Source of the DNA: Octopus bimaculoides
Lineage: Eukaryota
Length of the DNA stretch: 64,000 bases
Direction: 5' to 3'
Assembly: GCF_001194135.2 (NCBI RefSeq)
Contig: NC_068985.1
Location: 107,368,549 to 107,432,548, forward strand
In this document: piece after piece, positions 1 to 13,299 of the stretch
How the letters are laid out: every line of letters begins with the position of its first letter
Numbering within the stretch: the first letter of the stretch is position 1
Position numbers and translations under genes: made by a program
The notes under the pieces: model-generated
Told to the model about the DNA's origin: nothing
Database searches by the model: none
Seen by the model: only the letters and a program-made list of their open reading frames with translations

Positions 1-229
1 GGCACATAAAACACACCATTTCGAGCGTGGCCGTTTTCGTGCGGGTGACACGTAAAAGAACCTACTACACTCTGAGTGGTTGGCGTTAGGAAGGGCATCC
101 AGCTGTAGAAACTCTGCCAAATTAGATTGGAGCCTGGTGTTGCCATCCGGTTTCACCAGTCCTCAGTCAAATCGTCCAACCCATGCTAGCATGGAAAGCG
201 GACGTTAAACGATGATGATGATGATGATG
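1..229 (+). mobile_element. SINE/non-autonomous retroelement family A, 3' part, RTE-like (GAT)n tail
   Basis: ggaagggcatccagctgtagaaa...gcatggaaagcggacgttaaac(gat)n. Other copies at 25765-26224 (+), 11456-11535, 53500-53820, 62480-62700 and 63115-63650 (-). Confidence 0.8.
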
Positions 230-505
230 ACTACCACATCTACTATTCATCATCTTAATAATGACTTCTGATTAAGACACAAAACAATTTTGAGGAGAAA
301 GAGGTTAGCAAATACCATCAACCACAGTACTTGACTGTTACTTTATTTTATAAACCACGGGGGAATGGAAAGCGTAGTTGATGTCAGATGGAGCCGAACT
401 AGGAATATAAAGAGCCAAAAGAAATACTACCAAGCAGTTTTTCCAATGTTTTAATAATTCTGCCAGCTCACTACCTTAATAATAACAAAAATAACACATA
501 ATTAC

Positions 506-631
506 CGTGTCCTTCTTCAGCAATGGGATGGAAGTAACCATCATCTGATATAGAACTGACAACGCTTTGGTTATCAGGTGTGTCAATTTCATCATCGCTT
601 GAGGGACGTGATCCAGCCCCTCTTCGACCTG
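506..631 (-). CDS. IFRD1: IFRD-family coding exon 2: (T)GRRGAGSRPSSDDEIDTPDNQSVVSSISDDGYFHPIAEEGH; the gene continues beyond position 1
   Basis: Polypyrimidine tract and acceptor (ttttttctctttctctttcattgacag), donor G|gtaatt, 126 nt, phase 1 to phase 1. The SDDE..DNQSVVSSISD motif resembles the acidic/Ser-rich IFRD N-terminus (recognised from memory). Confidence 0.8.
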
Positions 632-1551
632 CTGTCAATGAAAGAGAAAGAGAAAAAATTGTTGGTTAAAAAGAGAAGAAAACATTAATAATAAAAGTCA
701 AAAAGATGTTTTATTGCAGTGAACATCACAGAAGAGAAAATGCTGAAAACCATCCTGACAGTGCAGAGCAACACAGGTTTAAGGTGAGCTGCTTGATGGG
801 AGAATGACAATTTTACCTCGTGTTTATCACAGTTAAAGCCATGCCAGAATGCCACCTTCATTAAAAATTTTCTTTTATTATACTTTTGAGAAATTTTTTC
901 CTTAAGAACAATTTTCCCAATGTTTAAATTCAAATTAGCAAAATTCACACTAGCATAGATAAATGAATGGAGAACAACGATAGCACGTTTTAATTAAGCC
1001 AGAATGCAACCACAAATTAATTACATGTAAGAGAAGCAAAAGAGAATACCAAATGCTTTTTTCATATAACTCATCTGTTTTATAGCCACACATACATATA
1101 TCTATTTGTTATGTCTAAGGTTAACAGATCACATATCTAGATTTAAATATTTTTGAATTACCTCATTTGAGGAAATTACCTCCCTTCACTCTGCTAGAGA
1201 AAAAGTAAAGGAAAAGAAAGATAAAGATGAAGAAGAGGAGGACTAAAGACAACAACAAAGGAAGGAGACTGACTGAGAATGCTAACTGAAGGAACACCTG
1301 ATACAAAGGTTGGCTAGGAAAACAGATGGATAAGAGAATGGATACATGTATACATTACATGTGAGTATGTGCAAGGGGCTATAATCCAAGCTGTGTCCTC
1401 ATGAAGCGCATCACCATGTTCACAGTAATTAAATTTATCATATGTATAGAGATGTTTAATTTGAATCAGGCATACATAACATTTGAAATTTCTGGTGAAT
1501 GTCATAAAAAAAGTATACCATATTTTTCCAGTTTTTCACATATATATTTTC

Positions 1552-2311
1552 AATTCCCCATCACTAAACAGTGACAAAGGGTGCAAGGAGACTACCATTG
1601 CTAAAAATAAGAGTCAAAGAACTCTTTAGCTACAGAAAGCACATTTTTTGTTTACTGACAGGGGAGACAACCTCCTCGCTACAACTGGCATGCCAATTTT
1701 GCATGAAATTTAATGCTCACTAGTAAAGCTTACTTCATTGTGGCATTGAGGGTGGTGAACTTAAATTCTACCCCCATCAGTATATATAGATTTTACCATA
1801 GGAATCAGTGGCTGATTCCACAAAATGGCAATGTGAAAATTATAAAATGATTAAAATGTCTAGATGCTTACTCCATTGTGGATAGTGAAGTCATTGTTTA
1901 GTGACAGTGAATTATTTCTCTTGATTTTGAATTGCATCTAGCCACCTTATTATTTTATATAATTTCACATTACCATTTTGTGGGATCAGCCACAGATTCC
2001 TGTAGTAAAATCTATATATACTGATGGGTTAAAATTTAACTTCATCACCCACGCTGGAGTAAGCGTTATGAATTAGCATCAAATTTCATGCAAAACTGGT
2101 ATGTCAATTGAATGCTACTCAATTATGGTGGGGAGGTTGTCTCTCCTGTCAGTTAATAAAAAAAAATGTGCTTTCTGTGGCTAAAGAGTTCTTTCATTCT
2201 TATTTCTAGCCATGTTGGTGACCCCTGCACACTTTGTCATTGTTTAGTGATGGTGAATTATTTCCATTTTGGCTTTGAATTGTGTCTAGCTACCTTAATT
2301 ATTTTCTATAT
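1552..2311. repeat. Old foldback element: ~315-bp inverted arms (1552-1867, 1934-2259) plus a ~72-bp direct repeat (1890-1960, 2236-2311)
   Basis: Arms align by eye as diverged reverse complements (e.g. aaagaactctttagctacagaaagcac vs gtgctttctgtggctaaagagttcttt). Confidence 0.8.
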
Positions 2312-3357
2312 CTACCTATGTAAATCACATTAAATACTTAGGATACCAACATAAACTTAGAAAACCTATCTCAACAAATTAATTTTTCAACTTTATTGAA
2401 TTCTTTTTTGTTTTTGTTTTGAGAAGTACTCAATGTCATAATCAACCATCAGTGTAGTAGTCACAGCAAAACAACAAATAGTAAATTATATGGCGGTGGG
2501 GAGAAGAGATTTTACAGAACATTTGGGTTCATAATCTCCAAAGTCCCATAAGACAACCAGGAAAAAAAACAAAAAAAAAACAAACCAATATTGTATGAGC
2601 CCTGGAGAAGGGGCTCTTAAAAATCTGAGTTAGTACCCGGTTCTTTGATATAAACTTCCTGTTTTAAAGTGTTCTAGATTAACACAAACTATTAAAATTT
2701 CATGGTAATTTATGTTCCAAACACCAGCTTAAAAATGGTCTCTTATTCAGGCACAAGGGCAGCAATTTTGAGGAGAAAAGTTTAGTTCACACCATAAACC
2801 CATGTTTGACTACTACGTTTTTTTATTGACCATACAGGAATGAAAGGCTAAGTTGACCTCAGCAGGATTTGAAATCAAAACTTAAGGAGCAAGAACATCA
2901 GCTTAAAAATGAAAGTTATTTTTCAAAATTCTTCATTTTAAAAATTAATTGAAAGAAAGGCAGTGTATTTCAATAGAAATGTGGTAACAAAAGGATTAAG
3001 GGAGGATGCTTTGGTTTTGGTGTTAAGATACAAAATGGATAAGGTTAATCTCTCTCTGGATAGTCTATCACAGATAACATCTGCAAATTATCAAGAATCT
3101 ATTACTGACAACTAATTGACTCAAGGTTATGTAGAATGAAGTGTACTGTTTCAGAAACAACACAATACCTGGAATTTATTTGAATTTGCAATCTATGAGC
3201 AAATGGTGGTCCAAATCAATAATTTTACTTCTACCATGGGGTAATTTGTCTCTAAGATGCGTAAAATTGCACAAATGAACCACACACCATATGAATAGGA
3301 CACTAGTCTATTGCATTTAACTTCCCCTAAAAGATAAATTGAAGTACACTGAATTAA

Positions 3358-3578
3358 CCCTTTTGTTACCATATTTCTGTTGGGGTACCCTGGGTTTCTT
3401 TCAATTAATTTTAAATATAACAAAGGATTTAGTAAAATAACTTAGTTATCATTAAGCTAGTGTTAGGAACATAAATTGTGACTAAGGTTTGGTAGAAAAT
3501 TTTAATTCAGACTTTTGAAAACAAGACATTTGTACTACAGAGCTGGAGGCAGTTTCAGCTGGGTTGGCATCAAAAGGG
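3358..3578. mobile_element. piggyBac-like MITE with TTAA TSD
   Basis: TTAA-CCCTTT...AAAGGG-TTAA; ~85% similar to 7226-7439 by eye. Confidence 0.8.
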
Positions 3579-4477
3579 TTAAGTATCTTGAGCAGAAATA
3601 TAAGTCGTCTGAGATAGTAGTCTGATGGCTTTACTGAGTTGGTCACTTCATGATTAAATAATTCTTTTTTTTTTTTTTTTTTTTAGAAAAAGAATGTTAA
3701 GTAAATAATGGAGAGAGTAGGAAGGTGTGGTGGTGGTGGTGGTGGTAGTAGTAACATGAGCTGTTAATCGTTTGGTTCCTGTGTAAGAGAGTGGAACAAG
3801 GACAATGTGGAATAATGACTAACAGTCTAAATGTTTATTGATAATGTTGCCAGAGAGTACCGGAAAACAAAGAAATTAGTAGCAGAAAAAAGCTAATTCC
3901 ATTATGCTATTATTATACTGAGTACACAAATAGTGAGTGTACTAACATATTGTTGATGCCATAGATAGACTATCCAGGTAAACGGCCAAGATATAATAAC
4001 CAAGGTGGAGAGAGGGGTCTTTGTATTTGTATTGATTTTGCAGTAAATACCCTAGGGAAACACTGGAGTCTTATTTACATCAACTATAGATGGGATGTAA
4101 ACCTGAAAAGAGTACTGGGGTAAGCAACATACAAAGACAATGAAATGAAATGTGATGGTAGATTTATGTAAAGATAGGGATATTTACTTTACAATTCACT
4201 AATGTTCGGGCACTGGGTGAGAGCATACAAGGCTGTCTCGTTGTCCTGCGCGCATCTAGGACATGCTCGGCTGACGGCACTTCTGTACCTCGAACACGCA
4301 AAAGCACTGCCAGGCTAGAGAGTTTTGAAAATTATCCATCAGTCTCGGGTTTCCAAGAGTCAGACAAGTTTATCAGAGAAGACTGAAAATGAACAACCTC
4401 ATTTGTATGATGACACCCATTTACAACCAACACAGGATGTCTAAATAAGGATACACACACATATATACACATACGAC

Positions 4478-4692
4478 GAGCTGGCAGAAACGTTAGCACG
4501 CCGGGCGAAATGCTTAGCGGTATTTCGTCTGCCGCTACCTTCCGAGTTCAAATTCCGCCAAGGTCGACTTTGCTCTTCATCCTTTCGGGGTCGATAAATT
4601 AAGTACCAGTTACGCACTGGGGTTGATGTAATCGACTTAATCCCTTTGTCTGTCCCCTCTGTGTGTAGCCCCTTGTGGGTAGTAAAGAAATA
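4478..4692 (+). mobile_element. tRNA-derived SINE family B (core CATCCTTTCGGGGTCGATAAA)
   Basis: A-box-like TGGCAGAAACGTTAG and B-box-like GTTCAAATTCC. Copies at 35245-35460 and 59795-59930 (+), and 5506-5740, 6465-6662, 23690-23815, 33155-33375 and 61465-61675 (-). Confidence 0.85.
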
Positions 4693-6165
4693 ACACATAC
4701 AGACATCAGACTTCTTTCAGTTTCTGTCAACCAGATCCACACAAAAGGCTTTGGTTGGCCAAGGTGCAACACAGTGGGAATGAACTAGAGACCACATAAC
4801 TGGTAAGCAATCTTTTTAACCACACAGCTACATTCCTCCATAAAAATTGTTGTTTAACCTCAAATTAACCCTGATTGAGAAGACGTGATCAAAAGCTCTC
4901 TTGCCATCATCATTCAAGCTTTCTGCATATCAGAGACAATACTGTCTAATGCAGTCTTTATTTAAAATGGTAGGATGTGATTTGAAAGAGATTTGACTCC
5001 AATTTCTTGTACTTAAGCAACTCCTATCAATCTGCATACATAAAAGTTATGACTTGAGGAACAAAGAACAATTATCTATGATGACTGTCACACAGAAATA
5101 ACCAAGAATCGCCTGAAGGAAATCTATAAATACAAGGCAACACTAAAACACTATATGTTCAGTAGAGGAGATAACTAATTAGCTAAAATGCAAAAAGAAA
5201 CACACACACACACACTCTTTCTCTAACAGTTTGTTAGAGAAATAAAAGTCAATACTTAAGGTCAATGAACTTTCAATGAAAATCTCACCTTCAACACAAA
5301 AACTGAATAGTGAGAATCTCAAGACTAATGACTATTTTATGATCAAAGATATATACACAATTGTGCGTGTGTGTGCACCTGAGCACATGTAGTAGTTTGA
5401 ATTAGACTTGTGCAGAGCAGCTGGAATCATCAGGCAAGATTGGCTTGTATGTGTTTATACTTTGGGTGCATGGGTACTTTGTAGTCATCTTATTGGTTGT
5501 ATGTGTTATTTCTTTACTACCCACAAGGGGCTACACACAGAGGGGACAAACAAGGACAGACAAAACGGATTAAGTCGATTATACTGACCCCCAGTGCATA
5601 ACTGGTACTTATTTAATTGACCCTGAAAGGATGAAAGGCAAAGTCGACCTCGGCGGAATTTGAACTCAGAACGTAGCGGCAGACGAAATACCGCTAAGCA
5701 TTTCGCCCGGTGTGCTAACGTTTCTGCCAGCTCGCCGCCTTTGGTGGGTATGTGTATGTGTGTATATGTATGCATGCATGTACATNNNNNNNNNNNNNNN
5801 NNNNNNNNNNNNNNNNNNNNNNNNNNNNNNNNNNNNNNNNNNNNNNNNNNNNNNNNNNNNNNNNNNNNNNNNNNNNNNNNNNNNNNNNNNNNNNNNNNNN
5901 NNNNNNNNNNNNNNNNNNNNNNNNNNNNNNNNNNNNNNNNNNNNNNNNNNNNNNNNNNNNNNNNNNNNNNNNNNNNNNNNNNNNNNNNNNNNNNNNNNNN
6001 NNNNNNNNNNNNNNNNNNNNNNNNNNNNNNNNNNNNNNNNNNNNNNNNNNNNNNNNNNNNNNNNNNNNNNNNNNNNNNNNNNNNNNNNNNNNNNNNNNNN
6101 NNNNNNNNNNNNNNNNNNNNNNNNNNNNNACCTAACTTAGAGGTATCTCCCTGCCCTTATTCTTG

Positions 6166-6203
<38 letters not shown>

Positions 6204-7225
6204 CCTTTCTCAGTCATGTTCTATGCAGGCATAGGTTGGACACACAACGTAAAGATTATTTATTGTCTGGCTACTTGGAATTTCAAGAGCATATGCAATG
6301 TTGTAGATTTTTAGAGAGTAAGTTTGCAACAAATATGAATCACTCTTTGTTAGCATTTCTAAATGCAAATGTGTGCATGTGTACCTAAGAAAAAATCCAT
6401 ATCTAGAAAATAAAAGTCTATTAATATAATGGTAACTGAAATAAAATTAAAATATTTTCTACTCTAGGCACAAGGCCCAAAATTTTGGGGGAGGGCGCCA
6501 GTCAATTAGATTGACTCCAGTATGCAACTGGTACTTAATTGACCCCGAAAGGATGAAAAGCAAAATCGACCTCAACAGAATTCAAACTCTGATCATAAAG
6601 ACAGACAAAATACCGCTAAGCATTTCACCCGGTGTGCTAACGTTTCTGTCAGCTCGCCGCCTTAACAAAATAAAAATATTAAGGACCAGACATATTAAGA
6701 GTGTCAGACATAGAATGGAAGCTACAGAGTAGAAGATTCTACAACCATTAAATTAACTACCAGTACATATCTGGTACATTAACACTTTTGCTACGGCCCT
6801 TAGCTTTTAACCTTAATTTGGTTAAATTGCAATTAAAACTTTCCATTATAATTCTAGATAATAACTTTTTGTTATCTTTCTTTTATTTTTTACTTGTTTC
6901 AGTCATTAGACTGCAACCATGCTGGTGCAGACTAATCAACCCCAGTACTTATTCTATTGGTCTCTTTTGTTGAACCACTAAGTTATGGGGATGTAAATAC
7001 ACCAACACCCGTTAACAAGCGGTGGTGGAGGACAAACACACACACACACAAGACTGGAAACACTGCTTGTATGATGGTGAGGCTTGTTTACAACTGTCAT
7101 GTGATATCAGAAGTAGAGTACATACAGACAGACACACACTGGATGGGTTTCTACAGTTTCTATCTACCAAATTCACTTACAAGGTTTTGGTCAGCCTGGA
7201 GCTAGAGTAGAAGACACCCACTTAA

Positions 7226-7439
7226 CCCTTTCGTTACTGTATTTCTGCTGAGATGCTCTGTGTTTCTTTCAATTACTTTAAATATAACGAAGAATTTAGT
7301 AAAATATCTTAGTTATCATTCAGCTAATGTTAGGAACATAAATTGTGACTAAAGTTCGGTGGAAGATTTTAATTCAAAACTTATGAAAACAAGACATTTG
7401 GACTCAGAGCCGGTTTCAGTCGGGTTGCTAACAGAATGG
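7226..7439. mobile_element. piggyBac-like MITE nested inside a SINE
   Basis: TTAA flanks; the SINE sequence resumes on both sides. Confidence 0.8.
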
Positions 7440-10400
7440 TTAAGGTACCGCATACGTGGAACTGGACCTGAGACCACATGGTTGAGAAGCAAACTTCAGA
7501 GCCATACAGCTATGCCCATAAAACAAGAGATTTGCATGGAGATGTCAAATCTAAACACTTGGAATATGCTACTGTGTAAAGTACCAACACCTGGAGACAT
7601 TACTGTGCAAAAGGAATATACAAAAGCAGTGACATCAATTTCCCAAATAAAAAAAAAGCTATGATAATATAAGAGTGAGTGAGTGAGTGCATGCATGTGT
7701 GTACACAATGCCCTACCACCTCTATCTATGCATTCCTAAGAAACAACAGCTTAAAAAATACCTAACCTTCATCCAAAACACTAAAAGTCTCCAGTAGCCC
7801 AACCGAGCCCTAAAAGAAGAGTTCTTAGCTCCAACTTAATATTCTCACAATTACTTTACCTAAAATCATGAAGTAGGTATAAGTATTAAACAAATGATTA
7901 AGTGGAGATTAATATATTTACTAATAATTCACGATTGCAAATTTCAAATCAGCTGCAGGCATTCAATTATTTTTGTATAATGCTATATGTTAGTGTTCTG
8001 AACTATCTGGCATCTAGTCTATGTGGTGATTTATCTTTCCTCTGTAAGCTCTGTTCCTTAAGGGGCTAATGGAGATTTCTATTGTTTCTTTTTAAAGGGA
8101 GAAAAATTAAGTAATTTCTAAAATATTTGTTTGTTAGGAATGCATAAACAGGGGTTGATGGGGCATTTAAGGTGTTAGAATGGAGACAGTGGATTGAAAA
8201 GTAGAACAAAAGCAATATGTTCTAGCCAGTGTGTAAATCTCTTCAAAGATTGTCAACCCTAACCCTTCTGCTTTGACACACACACACAAACATGGAAAAA
8301 GAAATACCTAAGCAAGAGTAAGAGACTATAACAGCTGGCAAGACTGGTAGACAACAAAGGGAAAAAGGAAGAAAAAAAACGCTGTTTAGCAAATGTTGTC
8401 TGACTGGTTATTGACACGAGATATACATGGCTCTGCTTGTAGCCTTTGCAGGCCTTCTGAGACTAGTGAAACACAGGGTTAATATTCCTCTTGAAGGGCC
8501 AACATTCTGGAGAGAAAGAACCGAGTTTAACAGCTAAGGCAAGGTCTTGAACAAGGGTACACAATATGGGCAACAACAATGCATTTAGTGGAGGAGATAT
8601 GGAACCAAAGAAGAGGCAGAAGAGAAAGGGAAGATAAGAGAAAACATATCTGAACCAGATATTGCATTGTGACTGTGAGAACTTCATGCCAATCAAACAA
8701 CAGGCTTTTACTTTGGAAGCAGGGATCTAGGAGTCATGGGCAAAGTGTGACCCACAGAACTTTTTGAATGGTATGTCCAATGAGAAATTACCTTGAGATT
8801 GTTTTAGCAGTGCAGTCAACCTGACAAAGAACTATATTGCATACATGCTTCTCATAAAAGGTTGCCCACACCTGGTTTAGGGTGTGTGTGTATGCAAGTA
8901 AGGAGTACCATCCCACATGTGGGAGAATTATTACACTGTGGGTTTCACCTAAGCTTTGCAGTAATCATGAAGGGTTGAAGTATTTTCTGGCTCTGAAGAG
9001 GGAGGCCAATCATCATTATGTAATTTTAATGATATGGACTAGGTGTTCACTTACAGAGATCACCAGTGATTGGCTAATATGACTTCAGTTCTCTCCTCTT
9101 TCATGTATACAGCTGGGTGCTTCTAACTAAATAAAAACTAGAATGACACAAGGGCAACAATTCTAATTATGATTGAAAACACCATTCAAAACAATAAGAA
9201 AAGTCTCACTTGGCTGCTCCCCACCTCCACAAAATTCACAAGTCCATATCTAGAGTTTGTGTAGATAAAGAGTCGAAGTGTGTGTGTGTGTTTGTCAGAA
9301 TGACAACTTGGATAATTGTCAAACTATGTCATACATTATCTACGATATTTAATTAATATTAAAAGTATACCAGGAAAGTCCTAATTATTTACATGACCAT
9401 TGAACTAGTTCACAAAATAACAATGGATAAGAGTGGGGATCAAGAAAGGGGAGGGCACACTCTACAAACAGAAATATAAAATAATGCTGGTGACAAATAT
9501 TCACACACACACACACACACAATCACTGATAAGGGGCTAAATTCAAGCCACTGGACTAAGAATTAATACAGAAGGTTAGTAGTTTAAAACCTTGTCAGAG
9601 AGTAGTGGTTCCAGACTATACAAAACTTTTTGTGCCGGTTCAATCTCACCATATGGTCATGTTAGAGTAGTCACTGTTGTAATCATAGGCAAAGTATATA
9701 GTTCTGCTAACCTTAGTTTTCCTGATTGATAACTAGGAACTGTTCCCAACTCATAATCACGATGTTAATAGCAGACCAAATATCTTGTTTAAAAAAAAGT
9801 TTCTTCAGAATACCTACTTTTATATATATATATATATATATATACAAACCACATACATTATAAGATATTGGGTAATGAGGAGACCATTTAACTAGAACAG
9901 GAAAAACAGTGCTAGATGGAGACACTCAACAATAATATACAAGTTGTAATGCTTCTATGATACAAACTTTCAGTCTTAAAGTGATCTAAATTAACACCAG
10001 TTTAATAACTACAAAGTTCTTTTACTAAATTCTTCATAAGTTTCAAAAGGCAGTGTATTTCAACAGAAATGTGTTAATGTAAGAGGTTAAGTTTGAGACA
10101 CAATTTGTGTGTGAAATGGAAGTTGTGCAAGAAGAGAGTATGCCTAGAGTTTTGAGTAGGTAAAAGACTTAAGTTTATATTACAGAGGGAAGGGAAGTTA
10201 AGTAATTAAACCAGGCAAAGTCATACATATCCCCTCTGTCCATCATCTCACAGCTACATACAACTCATTAGATAACTCCACCCAACATATATAATCTCAG
10301 TGACTACATTAGTGAAATATTTCACTAACAGCTTCTAACACTACACAAATAGCTGACATGTGGCCTGACTCTGTTGATGACTTCATGAATCTCCTTTATA

Positions 10401-10659
10401 TACATTGTTTGCACAAACGCTTTTATGTGTGTGTTTCAGGCTACTCAACATAGATGTATGCATACATGATCTATATTGATATGTACATATTGTGAGAGAT
10501 ACATATAGACAGTGAAGTCTATGTGGGGGGGGGGGGACCCCCAGACAGGTGCTTGTGTGATTAAGACAGGCATATGTATATACATATGTTTAAGATCTAT
10601 AATGCTTAAATTGACATGTAATATGTGATCATCAAGCTAAAACAAAAACAATTTATATG

Positions 10660-10694
<35 letters not shown>

Positions 10695-10916
10695 CGGAGA
10701 TGTACTTGCATAGCAAGTAACCTGATCTGAGATCGTGTGCTGGAACGAAAACAATTGCAGCGTGGAAGGTGTTTATAAGCCATTTAAAATAACACACAAA
10801 ATCCGTTAGNNNNNNNNNNCACAAAATCCGTTAGATTCACTTCAACATTTAAATTTAATTTGTCAAAATATTTTCGTCGCTTTGAGACCGCAACCTGTTC
10901 ACTGACAAAATTCTGT

Positions 10917-10954
<38 letters not shown>

Positions 10955-11418
10955 GTGTGTGTATGTGCATTTGTGTATGTATATTACACACACACATTGG
11001 TTGTATGCAAATATATACACAAAGGCCTACACACAATTAAAATTCCTTTACAGCATTATAAAACAAAGTTATATTGATTCTCACACCCAGTATTGTATCA
11101 TGAATGCAGGCATGCAAATTTGTGTGTCTGTGCATGCACACAAACTTGTGTAATGACTGGCACTAGGAATACTCATACAAATCCAGAGTAACAATAGTTT
11201 AAGCCAATTCAGTGGTAACCTATTACTCTGTAGTTTCAAAGTCATGGAAACCCGAGAGCTAACAGGCCAACGGACATGTGTATATATATATATATATATA
11301 TAGTTGTGTGGTGAGAAGTTTGCTTCCGAACAACAGGGTTTCAGGTTCTGCAAGTGTCTTTTACTATAGCCTTGGGCTGACCAAAGCTTTGGTAGTCAAA
11401 AGCTGAAAGAAACCTGTC

Positions 11419-11457
<39 letters not shown>

Positions 11458-12079
11458 TCATCATCGTTTAACGTCTGCTTTCCATTCTAGCATGGGTTGG
11501 ACAATTTGACTGAGGACTGGCGAACCAGATGGCTGNNNNNNNNNNNNNNNNNNNNNNNNNNNNNNNNNNNNNNNNNNNNNNNNNNNNNNNNNNNNNNNNN
11601 NNNNNNNNNNNNNNNNNNNNNNNNNNNNNNNNNNNNNNNNNNNNNNNNNNNNNNNNNNNNNNNNNNNNNNNNNNNNNNNNNNNNNNNNNNNNNNNNNNNN
11701 NNNNNNNNNNNNNNNNNNNNNNNNNNNNNNNNNNNNNNNNNNNNNNTATATATATATATATATATATGTACGCGCCCATGCATGCCTGTGTGTGCAACAG
11801 GTTTCTTTATATATATAAATGATAGGTTTCTTTGAGTTGGCAAAAATGAGTAGTACCTGTATTTCAAAGGGCCATCCTTGTCACACTGAATCTCCCCAAG
11901 AACTACGTTAAAGGCACACATGTCTGTGGAGTGCTCAACCCACGCACGTTAATTTCATGAGCAGGTTGTTCCGCTGATCAGAGCCAACTGGAACCCTAGT
12001 CGTAGCAACTGATGGAGTGCCATTAAGATCCACTGCATGGCTACAGTCCAATAACTGAAACAAAATATATATATATATA

Positions 12080-13299
12080 TAGGGTGTCCCCAAAAAATGT
12101 ATACACACTTTTGCAGCAGATAACTCAAATGATGTTTTTTCTTTCCAGATTAAACCCATTGGAATTAATGATGGTAGTCAGACTAAACCTTGAACAAAGG
12201 AAATTCATTCTAAAATGCTACTGGAAGTGTGAAAACAGTTTAGGAGGGGGGTTTCAAACAGATCCACCAACACGACTTACCATCACTCGAATTAGAGATA
12301 AGTTTGAAGTCGATGGAACTGTTCAGAATGTCCACGAGAAGCGTTCTGAAAGACCACGACCATCAACACCCACCACAAAGCAAGAAGGAGTGCTGGAAGC
12401 GAATCACCAAAGTCCAAGAAAATCTTTGCGGCAAGTGAGTCATGAGGTAGGTATTTCAAAATCGTCTGTCCAATGCATTTTGAAGCATTGTCAATGGAAA
12501 AGTTACATTCCAAGATTAGCCCATGTTATTAATGACGACGATTCAGACTGAAGAGTGCAGCATTGTGAGTGGTACTTGGCACGTTACATAGAAGATGCAC
12601 ACTTTCCAACAAAAATTGTGTGGAGTGATGAGGCCACATTCAAATTAAATGGTTCAATTAACCATCATAATTGTACCTACTGGAGACCTGAGAATCTGCA
12701 TGTTGTGGTGGAACACCATGTTAATTTACCAGGAGTTACAGTGTAGTGTGGTTTATCACCAAGAGGATTAATTGGACCATTCTTTTTTTGAGGCTACTGT
12801 GACTGGTCCTGTTTTCTTGATCTTGCTGCAATTGTCTGTCATGCCAAGCATAAGAGAAGACTTTGAAAATGAGTTTATTTTCAGCAAGATAGGGCACCCT
12901 CACACTACCATCGCGATGTTAGATCTTTCCTTGATGAGATCTTGCCAAACAGGTGGATTAGATGAAGGGGTTTCGTTTAATACCCTCCATGTTCACCAGA
13001 CCTCACTCTACTAGACTTTTTTTTTTATGGGGATAGCTAAAAGACAAAGTCTATGCTATGAAACCTGCAACAGTCACTGATTTGAGAGCAGCCATTGAAT
13101 GAGAATGCACACAAATACCAAACGAATTGTTTAGTGATGCTTGCGATTTCATTGCTTCACATTGTCAGCAGTGCCTGGACCAGAATGGATGTCAGTTTGA
13201 AAACAGGCATTGACAAAACAATAAAATAATGTCTGTAGATTCTATTAAATTCACTTTACAATTATTTAAAGTGTGTATACATTATTTGGGGACACCCTG
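12080..13299 (+). mobile_element. Full-length decayed Tc1/mariner, DD41D (rosa/Visitor-type) transposase
   Basis: TIRs AGGGTGTCCCCAAA...TTTGGGGACACCCTG in a TA context. WSDEATF and FQQDRAPSH...[10 protein letters not shown] motifs, with 41 residues between the 2nd and 3rd Asp. In-frame stops and frameshifts. Confidence 0.88.

Noticed and set aside
4478-4570. tRNA-like A and B boxes
   Set aside because: SINE heads; no cloverleaf or anticodon arm, so no tRNA gene is called.
4441-5775. Recurrent short ORFs such as RRNTAKHFARRAN and RSEFKFRRGRLCLSSF
   Set aside because: Translations of SINE family B copies; they recur wherever the SINE does.
10794-10834. 15-bp direct duplication cacaaaatccgttag around a 10-N gap
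   Set aside because: Typical contig-overlap artefact.
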